The notes beneath the pieces were generated by a model that was not told the origin of the DNA, did not search any database, and saw only the letters and a program-made list of their open reading frames with translations. 64,000 nucleotides of DNA from NCBI RefSeq assembly GCF_006345805.1, contig NC_043001.1:46624001-46688000 (forward strand), written 5' to 3'. Within the stretch, counting starts at the first letter, position 1; every line of letters starts with the position of its first letter. Of this stretch, positions 1-13,883 are shown piece after piece. The DNA is from Octopus sinensis. Lineage: Eukaryota. The position numbers and the translations under genes were made by a program.

Positions 1-190
1 TTGTTACAGTCACTGGATTGCAGCCATGCTGGGGCATCACCTCTTCAATGGTTTAATTGAACAATTCAACATCAGTACTTATTTTCAAATCTGACATTTA
101 TTCATTTGGTAACGTTTGCCGAACCGCTAAGTTACGGGGACGTAAAGAACCCAACATCTGTTGTCAAGTGGTGGTGGGGGACATACAAAA
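1..190 (-). mobile_element. tRNA/CORE-type SINE family A, 3' portion
   Basis: Matches the 3' half of the other family A copies (gaaccgctaagttacggggacgtaaa; cagccatgctgg). Confidence 0.75.
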
Positions 191-377
191 GCACAAATAC
201 ACATAGGTATCGATACACAGATACTGACACGCAATCACAAACACACACACACATACACATGCACACACATGGTTGCACATATATGAGCACAAACCAAAGC
301 AGTAAAAATAGCACGAAAACCATCATGTTGCTCGAAAAGTTCACATCTGACTGATGATCGGTTGCGTGAAACTCTGA

Positions 378-465
378 GTTACGCACTGGGGTCGATATAA
401 TCGACTTAATACTTTGTCCTTGTCTGTCCCCTCTATGTTTAGCCCCTTGTGGGTAATAAAGAAAT
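378..465 (+). mobile_element. SINE family B fragment with 'ttgtgggtaataaagaaa' tail
   Basis: gttacgcactggggtcgatataatcgacttaa matches the SINE unit at 14330-14420; followed by (TATC)n. Confidence 0.65.
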
Positions 466-525
466 ATATCTATCTATCCATCTTGTAAAGTTTTTCGGCT
501 TCAATTGAACAATACACACGAGTGT

Positions 526-566
<41 letters not shown>

Positions 567-1089
567 AATAAATCAATACTGACATGTAGTCTCCTGTCCG
601 ACCGCAATCAGCTAGAGTAGCGCAGTCTGCTAAGTAAACACTAACTTTTTTTTTTTTTTTTTTAAATTGATGTAATCGACTTCAGTACATAAATGCTACT
701 ATATTTTAGCGACTCTCGAAAGTATAAAAAGTAAACTTGATTTTGGCCTAGATTTGAGCTCGGAGAGAAATCACCTTGTAATCATTTAGTAGAAATCATT
801 TTGACCAAACTTCAGACGCCTCTACAAATAATCTACCGTGGTAAAATCAGTCTCACTAAGCCAGAACTACAATCCTCATGGTGAAGTGATGGCGCTGCCA
901 CTACCAAGACTAACACAACCACCATTAACAACATCACCACCTTCGTATCAGAGCATATAACACACTTCAACCAGGGTCCTGACGCTAACTTATTTCAGGT
1001 TCACATTTGACGCTGCTAATTACAAACAGACTCGTTCTGGCTGTTTTCTGGCCCCTTTTTCCTTCTCTGTGTTTCACAAACCGCGGAAG

Positions 1090-1105
1090 CACACACATAC
1101 ACACA

Positions 1106-1162
<57 letters not shown>

Positions 1163-1182
1163 ACACACACACACACACACAT

Positions 1183-1213
<31 letters not shown>

Positions 1214-1240
1214 CACACACACAACACATACACACACACA

Positions 1241-1272
<32 letters not shown>
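1090..1272. repeat. (CA)n microsatellite
   Basis: Direct inspection; source of the HT/CV-repeat ORFs. Confidence 0.95.
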
Positions 1273-1275
<3 letters not shown>

Positions 1276-1966
1276 AAAAATATACAAATGTAAGTATGTA
1301 TGCGCACATATATGTATATATATATTTGCATATATATAAATATGTATACTCGCGTGTATGCGTGTAGTGCGCATTTATAAGTAGGAAAGACGTATATATA
1401 CATACGTTTGTGTATATAATACTTCTTGGCGTGTATATGCACTGAAGTATATTTGTATGTACGTATGTATGTATGTATGTATGTATGTATGTATGTATGT
1501 ATGTATGTATGCATGTATGTATGTATGTAATATATATATATATATATGTATGTATGTGTATGTATATGTGTGTGTATGTATGTGCATACATGTGTGTGTG
1601 TCTGTGTGTGTGTGTGCCTGTGTAATGCGTGTTTATACATATATACGCATACACACACAGGCACTTATGATTCACCTACATATATATAACTATAGGTAGC
1701 CAGACAGACATACACACACACAAAGACACACACACACATACACACACACACACATACATATGTACGGAACCTCTAAAATGTCGAAGTTATGCTGCCGTTT
1801 CACCAAAGTCTAGGGTTCTAGCCATTGTTAGAATTCTTGTCATTAACAAACCAACCATATCAGAGAAACCATTTCTCAGGCATAGCTGGAATATAGTCAC
1901 AGAATTCTACCCGTCCAAATAGTGCCTTTGCAAATGACTCTGCAAATCCGTCTCAGTTACACTGAG

Positions 1967-2028
<62 letters not shown>

Positions 2029-2238
2029 ACACACACAAGCTTACGTATGTATATCTATACATGTCTATATCTGAATACAGCTGTATGTATGTATGCATAT
2101 ATGTACTTATGTAGATTTGTCTGTCTTTCTGCCAGTATGTATGTGTGTGTATGTATTTATGTATTATACATTAGTGATTTTAAGATTGCACGTCTGTATA
2201 CATGCATACACACACACAGACAGACAGACATATATATG

Positions 2239-2310
<72 letters not shown>

Positions 2311-2333
2311 GTGTGTGTGTGTGTATGTATATG

Positions 2334-2402
<69 letters not shown>

Positions 2403-2779
2403 ATATATATATATCTACTTACATACATATATACATACTTACATACATATATACATACTTATTACATACATACATATATATATATACATACATCCACATA
2501 AATGTATACTATGTGTGGGGTTTCCAAGTTCCCTTTGCATATTATGTTCTATATTTGTTTCCTTTGCAATTTTTTTTTTTTTTTTGATTTCCCTCTTCTT
2601 TTATACACAAATTCTTCTATTTGTATTTTATTTTTCTTACCTTAGGTTAATATTTGTTAAGAAGGAATGAGAACGTGAGTGCGGAGATGATGAGGAAAGG
2701 TTGGTGGGGTGTTATGGTGAACGGTTGCAGTGTTACAGAGAAAGATGAGAAGTGAGAGGTGAGCAATAGTAGAGGGAGA

Positions 2780-3160
<381 letters not shown>

Positions 3161-3335
3161 ATAGATAAAGAGATAGAGAGAGGTGGGAGAGGGATGGCAG
3201 AGAGACTGAGTATAGTGGAATGCATAGAGAGTACTGAATGTTTGGGTGGATTAAAGAGCAAAGAGAGAAGAAAAGGTGTATGCTGTCTTCATGTGCATCT
3301 ATGTGTATATACAAGTGTGTGTGTGTGTGCGTGTA

Positions 3336-3745
3336 TCTTTTATCTGTTTACTTGTTTCAGTTAGTAAACTGCAGCCATGCTGGGGCACCACCTTGATTCT
3401 ATAGTCGAATCAATGGACCCCAGAACTTTTTCTGAGCCCTATACTTGTTCTACTGGTTTCTTTTGCAGAGCCGCTAAGTTACAGGGACGCAAACACACAA
3501 ACAGTGGTTCTCAAGCGGTGATGAAGGGGACAAACACAAACACAGACACAAAGACACACATAGGTATATATACACATATATACGACGGGCTCCTTTCAAT
3601 TTTCGTCTACCAAATTCACTCACAAGGCTTTGGTCGGGTCGAGGCTATAGTTAGGAGACACTTGCCCAAGGTGCCACGCAGTGGTCTGAACCCGGAACCA
3701 TGTGATTGGGAAGCAAGCTTCTTACCACGCAGTCACGTCTGCACC
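3336..3745 (-). mobile_element. SINE family A, full length
   Basis: tRNA-like head, CORE-like ccttgggcaagtgtc block, internal CA/TA microsatellite and conserved tail shared with more than 10 copies in the window. Confidence 0.85.
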
Positions 3746-3922
3746 TACATATATATTCATATTTATGTGTGTGTGTGTGAGTGTATATATATTATATATA
3801 TATATACACATATATACACACACACACGTGTATGCGTGCGTGTGTATGTGTGTGTATGTGTGTTTATATGCGAAGATCATTTCAGTAAGTCAGGAATTTA
3901 ACTTTTATGATATTTAGTATAT

Positions 3923-4230
3923 GCGCATGACTCAGTAGTTAGAGTGTTGGGCTCATAACCATGAGTTAGTGAGTTTGATTCTTGGGTTTGGCTGTGTATT
4001 GTGTTCTTGAGCAAGACACTACATTTCACGTTGCGACGTAATCGGTGCCTAGCTGTATCGGCCTTTATTTTCCTTTGAGTAACATCGGTTGGGAGGAAAG
4101 AGGAAGCTGGTATGCATGGGCGACTTCTGGTCTTCCATAAACAACCTTTTCTGGACTTATGCCTCAGAGGGGAACTTCCTATGTGCAATCCTATGGTCAT
4201 TCATGACCGAAGTTGGTGTTTACCCTTTTT
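3923..4230 (+). mobile_element. tRNA-CORE SINE family D (degenerate)
   Basis: A/B-box-like head (tgactcagtagttagag; gagtttgattc) plus gttcttgagcaagacact CORE-like block shared with 56941 and 61788. Confidence 0.7.
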
Positions 4231-5486
4231 ACACAATATACTAGGCCGAGGTAATTTAACTCTAGGTACTAATTCTGGGTGACATGATCCAACTTTTAGC
4301 TGCTATGCATTATTTGTGCTTCATATGTACCTACATAACTACCAGTTGAAAATTATCTTTATATCCCGATTTCCTGTTGTATTTTCTTTACATATACACT
4401 CCATATGTTGGTTTACCTGCCCACGTACGAGTTTAAACATGTCCGTTTATACAAGTGGGAAGATTATGAGAGCAACACATGACACCCATTGATAGAATCA
4501 ACAACATTTAAGCTTGTTCATATACACATATATAGGCACGTACATGTCAGGACATTACTTAAGCTACAGGTACTGTGGCTGTCTTTATTGCGTGTATGGA
4601 ATTTTTTTTAAAAACTATACTCACGATTATCATTGATAATTTACATCCATGTATAGTATATACTCAGTTTTTGTTAGTTAGTCACATTTCAAAATCTATT
4701 ATTATTTTCGTTGTTATTGTTATTGTTGTGATTGTGGCGAACAAGCAAGTTAATCATAAAACTCCATTAAATTTTCTTTTTAAAGTCAATTCTTAATTCG
4801 GAAATAAAGACTAAAAATTCTGTAATATCATACTTCTATTCACCCTTTGTCCAAAATACCCATATAATATTTTCCATCACTTCCCAAAGGCACTGCACTA
4901 GGCTATAAATATCCTGTACTCATTTTTTATATGTTTAAATATTGTTTCTGTTAGTGGCAAGGTAGGGCAACTGCTATACTGTTGACGCCTATTGAGGCAG
5001 AAACATATGTCTCAGACGCTCATTTATCTCCAGACAAAACTTCAGATTGTCTTTTCCTTAATAGTATATCAATTCTATTCTGGAGAATTCTTATTCTCAT
5101 TCGGAGCTTGATGTAATTGCCTTCCATCCTAGCATTTTTTAATATTCTCCGAAAATCAAAATTTAATCTTGAAATCTTGTATGGTATTTGATATACATTT
5201 ATTTGTCTTTGTTTTCCACATTCATTGCACTGACAATTCTGAGTTATTTTTCTAAACACATTTTGTTTACACACACACGCGCTCTTTCTCTCTCACTCAC
5301 TATCTCATTTTTATTTTTTTCCCCTCTCTCTTTTTCTCTCACCCTCTCATGAATATATTAAATCAAAGACTGTGGAATTTATGGTATTATATTTAATTCT
5401 TTAGTTGGAAATCTTCCATAAAAGATGAGAAATACATTTCATGAATAAAAATATTAATAAATTAATATTAATATAATGAATTCATA

Positions 5487-5538
<52 letters not shown>

Positions 5539-5984
5539 TTATATATATAATAGATAACTTATCATGTATATACACATTATGTATGTATAATTTGATTATT
5601 CTTCGTTTGAATTCTGCGGTTCTTGATTTTATGCAATTGGTAATTAGCTGCAAATATTCGAACACTTCGTATAATAATTCAATTTATTACGGAATGGTAC
5701 ATATAAAGAATAAAATATAGTGAGGCTTGATTTTTTTTCAATTTTGTTTGATTTTTTTTCACTTGTTGCTTCCATTCATCATTTTTGACATGAAATCTGT
5801 GTTTAGTGTTCTCGGCTGTGACTGCGTTCGTGTTTTTCGAGATTCCATGTCAATTCATAAACCACGTTAATTCGAAAGCGGTGTTGTTTGGTGTCTTAAT
5901 AAATCAGTGTGTTTAGTGTGTTTTCAAGCCATTCATGTATTATCAGTGCAACGTGTATTACTTATGAAGGTGCTAACAAAAGAG

Positions 5985-6730
5985 GAAAATAAGTGAAAGG
6001 AAACATTGCAATAGTTAGCAAGCATGAAAGTGGTGTTAAGAAAATTCAAATTGGCTGGGACCACGCTATCAGCGAATCAATAATGAGTTATATTATTGAG
6101 AACACGAACTTTTTAAAGAATAGGAAAAAAAATTACTGCTTCTTCCTCGAATTTACAAACAACTTGAAACAAAGTACTGCGATGTTTGAAATGGAAAATG
6201 TTTTGTCAGTTTGGATGGAAGATATCCATCAAAATTACATTTCTTTACGCCAAATAACAGTAGACACGTAAGCAGCAGTCAAAAAAGAGTGGTAAGTATA
6301 AAAGGGAAATCTAACGAAACATCTACAAGTTCTGGATAGTTCAACAAGATAAGAAAACGATCTGGAATCTCTAACTTTGGGGTTGTTGGGGAACGTGCAA
6401 TGTGATAACAAAAAAATCAGATATCTCGCTGAACTGAAAAACTTATCGGTGAACAAATGATAAATGTTGTCAAAAGGATTGTTTTAAAGATGAATGCCTT
6501 ATAAAACTTAATTATAGAAGCGAAAATTGCAGCCAGAGAGTTAATGATTGCCTATCACTGTTTTGGGGTAGAAATACTATTTCTAATCAAAAATTAAAAC
6601 CCTTGCTGATCTTTCGATCAGGAAGATCATAGGCTCTTAAATGGTTCAATCTGCATTTCCTACTAATTTTCAAATATCTTTTGACCAAAAATTTTCTAGT
6701 GGAAATCCAATACAAAATTTTGGGTTATAA
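5985..6730 (+). pseudogene. Tigger/pogo-family transposase remnant
   Basis: Translation gives KHESGVKKIQIGWDHAISES (HTH), MENVLSVWMEDIHQ (CENP-B-type HTH) and KLKPLLIFRSGRS*ALK (Tigger KLKPLLIY.S.NPRALK motif); stops and frameshifts present. Confidence 0.75.
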
Positions 6731-8271
6731 AATCTTTAATCGGAAACTTGTTTCAGTCCCGCGGCTGAAAGACATTGAAGGTCTGTTTCATTAATTTCGA
6801 TGAATGTTTTGGATCTGTAGTTAGTAGCTTATGCCAAAATGTTACGGCTATATGTTTATCGCCGTATAGGATATCAAAGTTTCAAACGTTTTTGAATTTT
6901 TGAGTTGCTGTCGAACCTTCTTACTGGTTAGATCTGGAAACTTCGCTACTCTACCATCGCTTGCTGGTGATGTAGTTTTTCCTTTTAACATTTTACACCT
7001 ATTAAAATGCTTTCTCGAAACGAATGCCGCAGTTTAGCAGGCTTTCAACAATATATCTAATTTAAGTATCATATAAAGATTGCTATTTTGAACTAATACC
7101 GTTTCCATCACTTATACACACACACACACACACATGCATGCGCGCACGTGCACAGACACACACATACACATACACGCATATGCATTGATATGTATGTATA
7201 GCTGTATGTACATTGGCTATCGTTTGTATATATATATATATATATATGTATGTGCTTGATGTATACATTATGAATATGTATGTCTATATGACTCTCCATA
7301 CATATATATGCATGTGTATGTGTGTATGCATGTGTGTGTATATACAAACACACATTATATATATATAGTATATATATATATTTATACACACAAATATGCA
7401 TGTGTTCATGCATACAGTAAAATACACTACATTCGCGATGTATGCATGTATCTATCTATCTACCTATGTATCTATGTATGCATGCATCTATCTATTCTAT
7501 CTATCTATCATCTATCTATCATCTATCTATCTATCCTATCTATCTATCTATCTATCATCGCTATATTATATATCTATATATATATATATATTATGTATGT
7601 ATGTATTATATATATATATATATATATCTATATATATATATATATATATATACATTATGCTCACACACAAAAAAAACATCTACAAGAACGGGTGGGTTAT
7701 CGGGGCGCGAGTATTTGTGAGCAGAGATGCTAAAGTACACAGATGCACAAACATACATACATATGCGCACGCGCACACACACACACACACACACGCATAC
7801 ACAAACAAGCAAACAAACAAACAAACAAAGGTTCATGTATTTTTACAAAGATATTTTTTTCTCATGAACTTATGAATTCCACCGACATATTTCCCTCCCC
7901 GCCACGACCACCAAACCCCCTACCGCCCACAAGGAAAGTTTGCATTAGTAAAAACAAAAATATAACGGTATTAGAGAGCGCGGTGGGGGGATGTGTATGA
8001 GAGCGTCTGTGTTAGTGTGTATATGAATATGTGTGTGCGTGTGTGAGTGAGCGTGCATGTGTGTGCGTATGTCTGTGTATATATATATATATATATAAAT
8101 ATGTGTGTATGTATGTATGTATGTATGTATGTATGTATGTATGTGTGTGTATATATATATATACATATATATATGTACATTTGTGTGAGTTTATGCATAT
8201 TGCATATGTACGCGTACTTTTATTTATACATACATGGATATATATATATATGTATGTATATAATATATACT

Positions 8272-8670
8272 CTCATTTACTCGTTTCAGTTATTTGACTG
8301 CGGCCATGCTGGAGACCCGCCTTTAGTCGAGCAAATTTACCCCAGGACTTATTCTTCGTAAGCCTAGTACTTATTCTATAGGTCTCTTTTGCCGGACCGC
8401 TAAGTTACGGCGTGTTAAACACACCAGCATCGGTTGTCAAGCGATGTTGGGGGGGGGGGCAACAAACACAGACACACAAACACACACACACACATATGTA
8501 TACATATACATATATATGACAGTCTTCTTTCAGTTTCCGTCTACCAAATCCACTCACAAGGCTTTGGTCAGCCCGAGTATATAATAGAAGACACTTGCCC
8601 AAGGTGCCCCGCAGTGGGACTGAACGCGGAGCCATGTGGTTGGTAAGCAAGCTACTTACCACACAGCCAT
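8272..8670 (-). mobile_element. SINE family A, full length
   Basis: Same head, core and tail as other copies. Confidence 0.85.
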
Positions 8671-8816
8671 GCAAAGGCCTCTATACTACGAGTAGAGTGA
8701 TATAATATAGATATAAAAGAAAGCGGTTCAGGATTACAATTTCTTGCAGTTCTATCTCTCGAATCTTCAGTACTGTAAATGTAGCCTATTGTTAATAACA
8801 TTACATATATAACAAA

Positions 8817-9140
8817 AGCACTCAGAGACCGCAAACCTCTGCAAACGTTCTCTCAACGATTAGCCAGAGATGATTTTTAAAATGAGAATATCTGAAATAA
8901 ACTCGACTGCTCTCACGAACGAAAATGCTAAAAATGAACCCGACCACTCTCAGAAATTAAATAAAAAAGCAGGAAAAATTATCCAGAATTCCTGTCTGGT
9001 ACCGGATCGATCCTAAAATCGAATCAGTTTGTGCCAGTCACGAGGCCTGAAAGTTTCATCCGAATCCATCCAGCAGTTGTGGAGATATCTTGTCCACGGA
9101 CAAACGAGCAAACAAACAACACGACTGAAAACAATAACTA
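8817..9140 (+). mobile_element. Non-autonomous repeat, Helentron/HINE-like
   Basis: Homologous to 31015-31342 (+) and 22332-22530 (-); the family has a terminal acctcc...ggaggt hairpin. Confidence 0.55.
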
Positions 9141-9274
9141 ATGATATTCCGAATAGAAAGAGAGATCAGTAAATAGAAAATAGGGTAATCTAGGAAAAAG
9201 TGAAGTCTGGCCCAAATAAAACAACCGAAATATGATTTATAATAAATGAAAGTCTAAATATAAATTATAAAGTA

Positions 9275-9719
9275 TCTATATATATAACACTGAGAATGTC
9301 TATGTGTCTGTCTGTGTAAATCCCTAAAACTTGTGAACTACACAACCAATTTCATTCAAAATTTACACAAGCCTCACTTAGAGTCCAGGGAGTGTCATGG
9401 GCAAAATATTTTTTAACTTCTTGCCTAGGGCGAGCCCACAACAATATCATATCTTCTCCAATATGAATCCCTAAAACTTGAGAACTACACAACCAATTTC
9501 ATTCAAATTTTACACATGCCTTACTTAGGGTCCGTGGAGTGTCATTGCAAAGCTCTGGGCGCCATTCGGCTCACTGTCCAAGGCTACGGCACCACAGTGA
9601 GCGCTATGGCGACCAGAGCTCGCTCTGGACGCCATTTGGCTCACTGTCCAAGGCTATTTTTCTCGATAGCAAAATTATTAATCTTTAGCTAATTACGGGC
9701 GCAACAACAGTTGTACTAT
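9275..9719 (+). mobile_element. Non-autonomous Helitron-like element with internal duplications
   Basis: Starts A|TCTATATATATAA; internal direct repeats at about 9318/9467 and 9552/9620; degenerate 3' acgggc...ctat end. Confidence 0.5.
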
Positions 9720-9768
9720 ATACTGAAGCTTTATCTCTATAAAATTCTCGTATTATATATATAATAAT

Positions 9769-9835
<67 letters not shown>

Positions 9836-9992
9836 TATACATTCATAGATACCAATTTCCATTCTAGTAGGTTTCAAGAATACAACCCTTAATATCTCAT
9901 CTTTTCTCATATTTTACCTAAGACATTATTTTCTATTCTGGTTTTTATATACCTCTTAATACTGTATATTTATATCTATATATATAAATATA

Positions 9993-10385
9993 AGTAGCTT
10001 CCTTACGAACCACATGGTTCCGGGTTCAGTCCCACTGCGTGGTAGCTTGGGCAAGTGTCTTCTACTATAGCCTCGGGCCGACCAAAGCCTTGTAAGTGGA
10101 TTTGGTAGACGGATACTGAAAGAAGCCGGTCGTATGTATAAATATATATATATATGTGTGTGTGGATGTGTGGGTGTGTGGGGGTGTGTGTGTGTGTGGG
10201 TGGGTGGGTGTTTGTCCCCTCAATTTCGCTTGATAAACCGATGCTGGTGTATTTAACACGCCGTAACTTAGCGGTTCGGCAAAAGAGACGGATAGAATAA
10301 GTACTAGGCTTACATAGAATAAGTCCTGGGGTCGATTTGCGCGACTAAAGGCGTTGCTCCAGCATGACTGAAACAAGTAAAATAA
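9993..10385 (+). mobile_element. SINE family A
   Basis: ggttccgggttcagtcccactgcgtgg B-box region, core, microsatellite and tail. Confidence 0.85.
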
Positions 10386-10394
10386 AAATCTCTA

Positions 10395-10535
10395 ATTTAT
10401 TTTAACCGAAACGGGAGCAACAGTTTGAGACGAAGACGCATTTTGTCGAAATGCGGAGGGGATAAAACAGCCGATAACTAGAAAGCTTTTCTTATGTTGC
10501 CTGTCTTGTTTCTTTCGTTGTTCGCAAAACAATTC
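10395..10535 (+). mobile_element. Putative Penelope-like 3' tail fragment
   Basis: Aligns with 32060-32210 and the reverse complement of 12650-12830; ends in a microsatellite; degenerate GACGAAG..stem..CGAAA motif. Confidence 0.4.
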
Positions 10536-10799
10536 GTATGTGTGTGTATGTATGTATGTGTGTGTATGTATGTGTGTGTATGTATGTGTGTGTATGAGTG
10601 TGTATGTATGCGTGTGTATGTATGCGTGTGTATGTATGTATATGTATGAATGTGTATATGTGTAGGTGCATGTGTATGTATGTAAGTGTATGTGTATGTA
10701 TATGTATGTATGTATGTATGAATATGTATGTTTGTGTGACAATTCATATATTTTTGCTGTTGAGGAAATTTTAACCATAGACATTAGACACAAATGAAG

Positions 10800-11249
10800 T
10801 AATATTTATAAAATTTCATCTGACTGCTTATTGTGATCATTCGTCTTTTGGTTTCCTGTAGCTTTGCTCTCTTTTACAAACCCAGTGAACATATATTTCC
10901 CATTTCAAAGAAATTCAAACAAGTAAAAAAGATTCTCAACAATTCAACTTCTCTGGTTGATATTAAGATGCCCACCCCTAACAGGGGCGTTAACTCTCAC
11001 ATTTTAGAGCTCTATGACCTTCATTTTTCAGGAGCAAAATCTTTTTAACATGTTCAATAAGACTGGTAGTATGGGATATATGTGGCACGATTACAATTTT
11101 TTGAGGGTGTGTAAAGAGGGAAATAACCCTCATCTGCAATTTTGATGAAATTCGAAACATAGGTATTCCAGTTCATTAGAGAAAATATAACAGAAAAGTC
11201 TAATTCTTCAATTGTATGTAACGCGGGCAACGCCGGGTATCTCTGCTAG
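10800..11249 (+). mobile_element. Non-autonomous Helitron (5' boundary approximate)
   Basis: 3' end cgcgggcaacgccggg hairpin followed by CTAG|T, same as 56420-56450. Confidence 0.6.
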
Positions 11250-11662
11250 TAGATTATAAAATATAGTTTGGAGGAATGACCATGCTGAAACACAACGAGC
11301 ATGTCGAAGTATATTTCATGCTTATATATGTTGATATGTTTATAAACTATATAATATTTTGACTGTTATTGTAGCGATCCCTTACGTCGGAGAATCTCTT
11401 GCATTATGAACACATATTGTTTAAAAGAAGTGTTTTCCTCTGACGAAAAACAATAGCAAACAGATATTCAGGCTCTGATCTGTCAGAGCGCGTTAAGAAT
11501 GAATAAATACTTTATTACGAAGACTAGATATTATCTGAATACTAGAAATGTATATATGCCAGTGTAGTAAATAGCTGTGAAACGTCTCTGTCGCTACATA
11601 TGTACCACCCTACCATTTAATGTAGATATAAAACAAAAGTACTCTCTTTCTTTCTACCCTCG

Positions 11663-11706
<44 letters not shown>

Positions 11707-12486
11707 GCGTCTCTTTCTTTAATCAATAAATATACGTATCATAGAAGTTTTTCACCCGAACAAAGGGACGTTGAGCTTCAGTTGCATATCAGATATTTAG
11801 GAACGATCTTTTAACAATAACAGCACTTTCCTATTCATTTCTAAACTTTTTCTCCTCATGAAATGGATAACTCGTCACATTTAAATTAATTAATTCAGTG
11901 TGTTAATTACGTAGTTACCTAAATGATGATGTATTATTCTATCTATTGAAAGAGCTGTACAAAGCAATTCACTTAAGAATCATCTGTGAAGTTTCTACTT
12001 TTCTGCTCTTTCACTATTCTACTGAAACGCTTGAAGTTATGCGCGTACATAGGCATAAATATTTATTGTTATTGACGAGACTCCTTCGAAGAAAGCCAGT
12101 GTTCATCACCGACAACGCAGGAAAAATTGTATACGAAGTGCTTTGTTAGCAACCGATAAAAAAGCTACATAATTTCTTCCAGCTATAGTGTAAAATATTA
12201 TTAAACGTCTAAACAGAGACACAAGTATTTCAGAACACTTTTTTGAAACTCGCCTCCAACTGTACGCTATCACATTCCAGCATCACAACATGAAACGCAG
12301 CACGACACTATCAATATTTATTTGGTAAACATACGATGAGGGGAAGAGAAAGTAAGTAAATATAAAACGGTCAATCAAGGATAGCGGTCGTCCATATATA
12401 AATATAGTTCGTTTATGTACGTGATGGTTGTATTAAAGAAAGTTTTCAGCATTTATATATATATATGTATGTATATATGATATATA

Positions 12487-12524
<38 letters not shown>

Positions 12525-12531
<7 letters not shown>

Positions 12532-12876
12532 TAATAAAAAAACATATGCATATATATAAACATATATGTACGTACCTACCACCTCTACATGTACATATAC
12601 ACGCAATGTAGAGTACAGGACACCAAAAAGACGTCGAACACAATGAGAAACGAAAACATAGACACAAACCAAAGGAACTGGACATTTTTTTTTTGAACAA
12701 CAAAAAAATAGAGTACAGGACAATTAACACAAAGAAAAAACCCCTTCTCAGTCGCTATGGTTTCATCTACTCTACGTTTCGAAGGTGAAAGCGAGACGTA
12801 TCTTCGACAAGAAACTTTCCTTCCTGCGAAAAGCAAATCAATTAAAATCTGAGATCTTTTCGCAGAGGGGTAAAAT

Positions 12877-12974
<98 letters not shown>

Positions 12975-13322
12975 AATAAATAAAATAAAACATATGCATA
13001 TATATAAACATATATGTACGTACCTACCTCTACATGTACATATACACGCATATATGAGTACAGGACACCAAAAAGACGTCGAACACAATGAGAAACGAAA
13101 ACATAGACACAAACCAAAGGAACTGGACATTTTTTTTTTGAACAACAAAAAAATAGAGTACAGGACAATTAACACAAAGAAAAACCCCTTCTTCAGTCGC
13201 TATGGTTTCATCTACTCTACGTTTCGAAGGTGAAAGCGAGACGTATCTTCGACAAGAAACTTTCCTTCCTGCGAAAAGCAAATCAATTAAAATTCTGAGA
13301 TCTTTTCGCAGAGGGGTAAAAA
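12525..13322 (-). repeat. Two tandem copies (about 350 bp) of a putative Penelope-like tail separated by (TA)n
   Basis: 12525-12875 and 12970-13322 are near-identical. Confidence 0.8.
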
Positions 13323-13368
13323 TGATATATATATATATATTATATAATATATATATATATTATATATA

Positions 13369-13436
<68 letters not shown>

Positions 13437-13441
<5 letters not shown>

Positions 13442-13630
13442 ATCCAAACAAGAAAGCACAAAAAATAACAACAACGCGAGGACGTGGAACAAATATAGTA
13501 TTATTGGACGCTCAGGAAAGAAGGAAAGAAGGAGGGTTTAACGTTTCGAGCGGAGCTCTTCGTCGGAAACATAGGAGAAGGAAAGATCCAGAGAAGGGAA
13601 GACAGAGGAAAACAATCGCCAACGGTACAC
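13437..13630 (-). mobile_element. Putative Penelope-like 3' tail carrying a hammerhead-like motif
   Basis: Abuts (TA)n; contains the motif at 13536-13570. Confidence 0.5.
13536..13570 (-). ncRNA. Minimal type I hammerhead-like motif (variant core)
   Basis: GUUU-CCGACGA-A-GAGC-UCC-GCUC-GAAA-CG-UU-AAAC: 4-bp stem I, 4-bp stem II, palindromic AACGUU stem III; U4C change and an extra A. Confidence 0.45.
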
Positions 13631-13883
13631 ATGCGGTCACATTTTGATGAATGTGTGTATATGTCTGTGTGTATGTATGTATGTATGTATGTATGTATGT
13701 ATGTATGTATGTATGTATGTATGTCTCTGACTATCTGTCTGTCTGTATGTATGTGTGTGTGTATGTGTGTGTATGTGTGTGTATGTGTGTGTGTGTATGT
13801 GTGTGTATGTGTGTGTATGTGTGTGTGTGTATGAACGTAAGGTATGTACAGGGGTTGGACAAAATAATGGAAACAAATTTATT

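Noticed and set aside
345-385. CUGAUGA...GAAACUCUGAGUU hammerhead-like string
   Set aside because: No stem I pairing, U-U at the base of stem II, and it overlaps a SINE junction
5020-5274. 84-aa non-repetitive ORF (MCKQNVF...)
   Set aside because: The start lies in a TG repeat, no recognisable domain, no convincing splice signals
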